From the NCBI GenBank assembly GCA_036338695.1, contig JAYZBQ010000052.1:1-36873 (forward strand): 36,873 bases of DNA. The letters run 5' to 3'. Numbering within the stretch: the first letter of the stretch is position 1; the number at the start of each line of letters is the position of its first letter. Source of the stretch: Myxococcota bacterium. GTDB taxonomy: Bacteria > Myxococcota > UBA4151. Under the pieces are notes generated by a model, which saw only the letters and a list, made by a program, of their open reading frames with translations, searched no databases and had not been told where the DNA came from. The position numbers and the translations under genes were made by a program. Shown one piece after another: positions 35,794-36,873 of this stretch.

Positions 35794-36773
35794 CTCGAGG
35801 CGTCACCGCGCTCCTGGTCTCGGTGGTGTTTGTCTGGCTGGCGTTTCGGGACCTTGACGTCGACGCCGTCCGAGCCTCGCTCGCTGCGCTGGGCTGGCTC
35901 CCGATGGGCGTCTACCTGATCAGCCTCTTCGCTATTCACCTGCTGCGCACCGCCCGATGGCACTTGATGGTCAGGGCGCTGCACCCCGAGCAGCCGGTGT
36001 TTCGCTCGTTGCGGATCTCCTTCCTTGGCTTCGCTGCGGTCTTTTTGGTGCCGCTGCGGTTGGGTGAGCTGGCTCGTCCATGGCTCCTGCGTCAGGCGAG
36101 CGACGTCCCGATGAGCGCGGGCTTGGGAACCGTGGCGGTTGAGCGTACGGTCGATGGCCTGTTCATGGTGCTGGTGCTGGTCTTATCGGTGCTGTGGTCG
36201 GGCGCGTCGGATCCCATCTTGTGGACCATGGGCGGTGTCGCTGGCGCCATTTTTGGCGGCGCCGGAACGGCGTTTGCCTGGATGGCGATTGCGCCACGCA
36301 GCGCAGAGCGCTTTTGGCGGTGGGTCTTTGCCCCCTTGGGTGCCTCGTGGGCGGACCGTGTCATCGCGCTGCTCAACGGCTTCGTCGAGGGGCTCTCATC
36401 GCTCCCGAGCTGGAGCACGCGCGTCACGTACTTGGGGTGCACTCTGGGTTATTGGGGTCTGAATGCCTGGGGGATGACGTACCTGGCGCAGGCGATGGGC
36501 ATCGAGCTCTCGCTCGCGCAAGGTTGCCTGATCATGGCGCTCTTGGTCGTCGGGATTATGGTCCCCGCTGGACCCGGGAGCATCGGGACCTTCCACGCAC
36601 CGATCATCTTCGGGCTGACCTCTTTGTTTGGTTCCGCCACGGCGCCGGCGCAGGCTTATGCGCTGGTGCTGCACCTCCTACAGGTCGCGCATATGGTCGC
36701 GGTCGCCTTGCCTTTTGTCTCGGATTTAGCAGCGGCGCGTGCGAAGGACAACGGTGGGTTATCCGGGGGTTGA
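35778..36773 (+). CDS. Flippase-like membrane protein (lysylphosphatidylglycerol-synthase TM / UPF0104 family)
   Basis: LRTARW, VPLRLGELARPWLL, GTVAVERTVD, VPAGPGSIGTFH; about 8 TM segments; overlaps the phosphatase stop. Confidence 0.85.
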   Translation: MGSRLARGVTALLVSVVFVWLAFRDLDVDAVRASLAALGWLPMGVYLISLFAIHLLRTARWHLMVRALHPEQPVFRSLRISFLGFAAVFLVPLRLGELARPWLLRQASDVPMSAGLGTVAVERTVDGLFMVLVLVLSVLWSGASDPILWTMGGVAGAIFGGAGTAFAWMAIAPRSAERFWRWVFAPLGASWADRVIALLNGFVEGLSSLPSWSTRVTYLGCTLGYWGLNAWGMTYLAQAMGIELSLAQGCLIMALLVVGIMVPAGPGSIGTFHAPIIFGLTSLFGSATAPAQAYALVLHLLQVAHMVAVALPFVSDLAAARAKDNGGLSGG

Positions 36774-36873
36774 GGGCGCCCGCTCGAGCGGTCCAATTTC
36801 GGTTGCCCTGCGCAATTACTCTTAACTTTGAGCCCGTACTAGCCGACAGGACATACTAGAGGTGTCAGGGGGC

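Noticed and set aside
36774..36873. AT-richer tail that may hold a promoter or gene boundary
   Set aside because: No well-spaced -35/-10 pair found and the window ends, so it cannot be assessed

Overview
GC-rich bacterial DNA, most likely Myxococcota. This is an inference from a TIGR04563-like small protein, Cys-rich lipoproteins and giant metzincin lipoproteins. Bases 1-13690 carry the 3' end of tuf and a contiguous S10-spc-alpha ribosomal superoperon (rpsJ to rplQ, with secY, adk, infA and rpoA) ending in a terminator. Three usual members are cleanly absent: rplC, map and rpsD. Bases 13713-25702 are a mixed housekeeping and envelope region: yggS, maf, a secreted helical protein, a probable catalytically dead trypsin-like protein, RNase D, a rhomboid paired with an HEXXH peptidase, a LEA/WHy lipoprotein, a divergent TonB-dependent-receptor-like protein, a small RHH-like protein, and a kelch lipoprotein with a membrane-anchored acidic-repeat partner. 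Bases 25855-36773 form a tightly packed + strand cluster: two tandem ~1300-aa paralogous metzincin lipoproteins, a 46-Cys repeat lipoprotein, a PHP-family (CpsB/YwqE-like) tyrosine phosphatase and a flippase-like membrane protein. This cluster, with the divergent kelch pair, is the best candidate for an uncharacterised cell-surface system. I saw no tRNA, rRNA, CRISPR array or mobile element. All family calls rest on motif recognition only; no searches were run.
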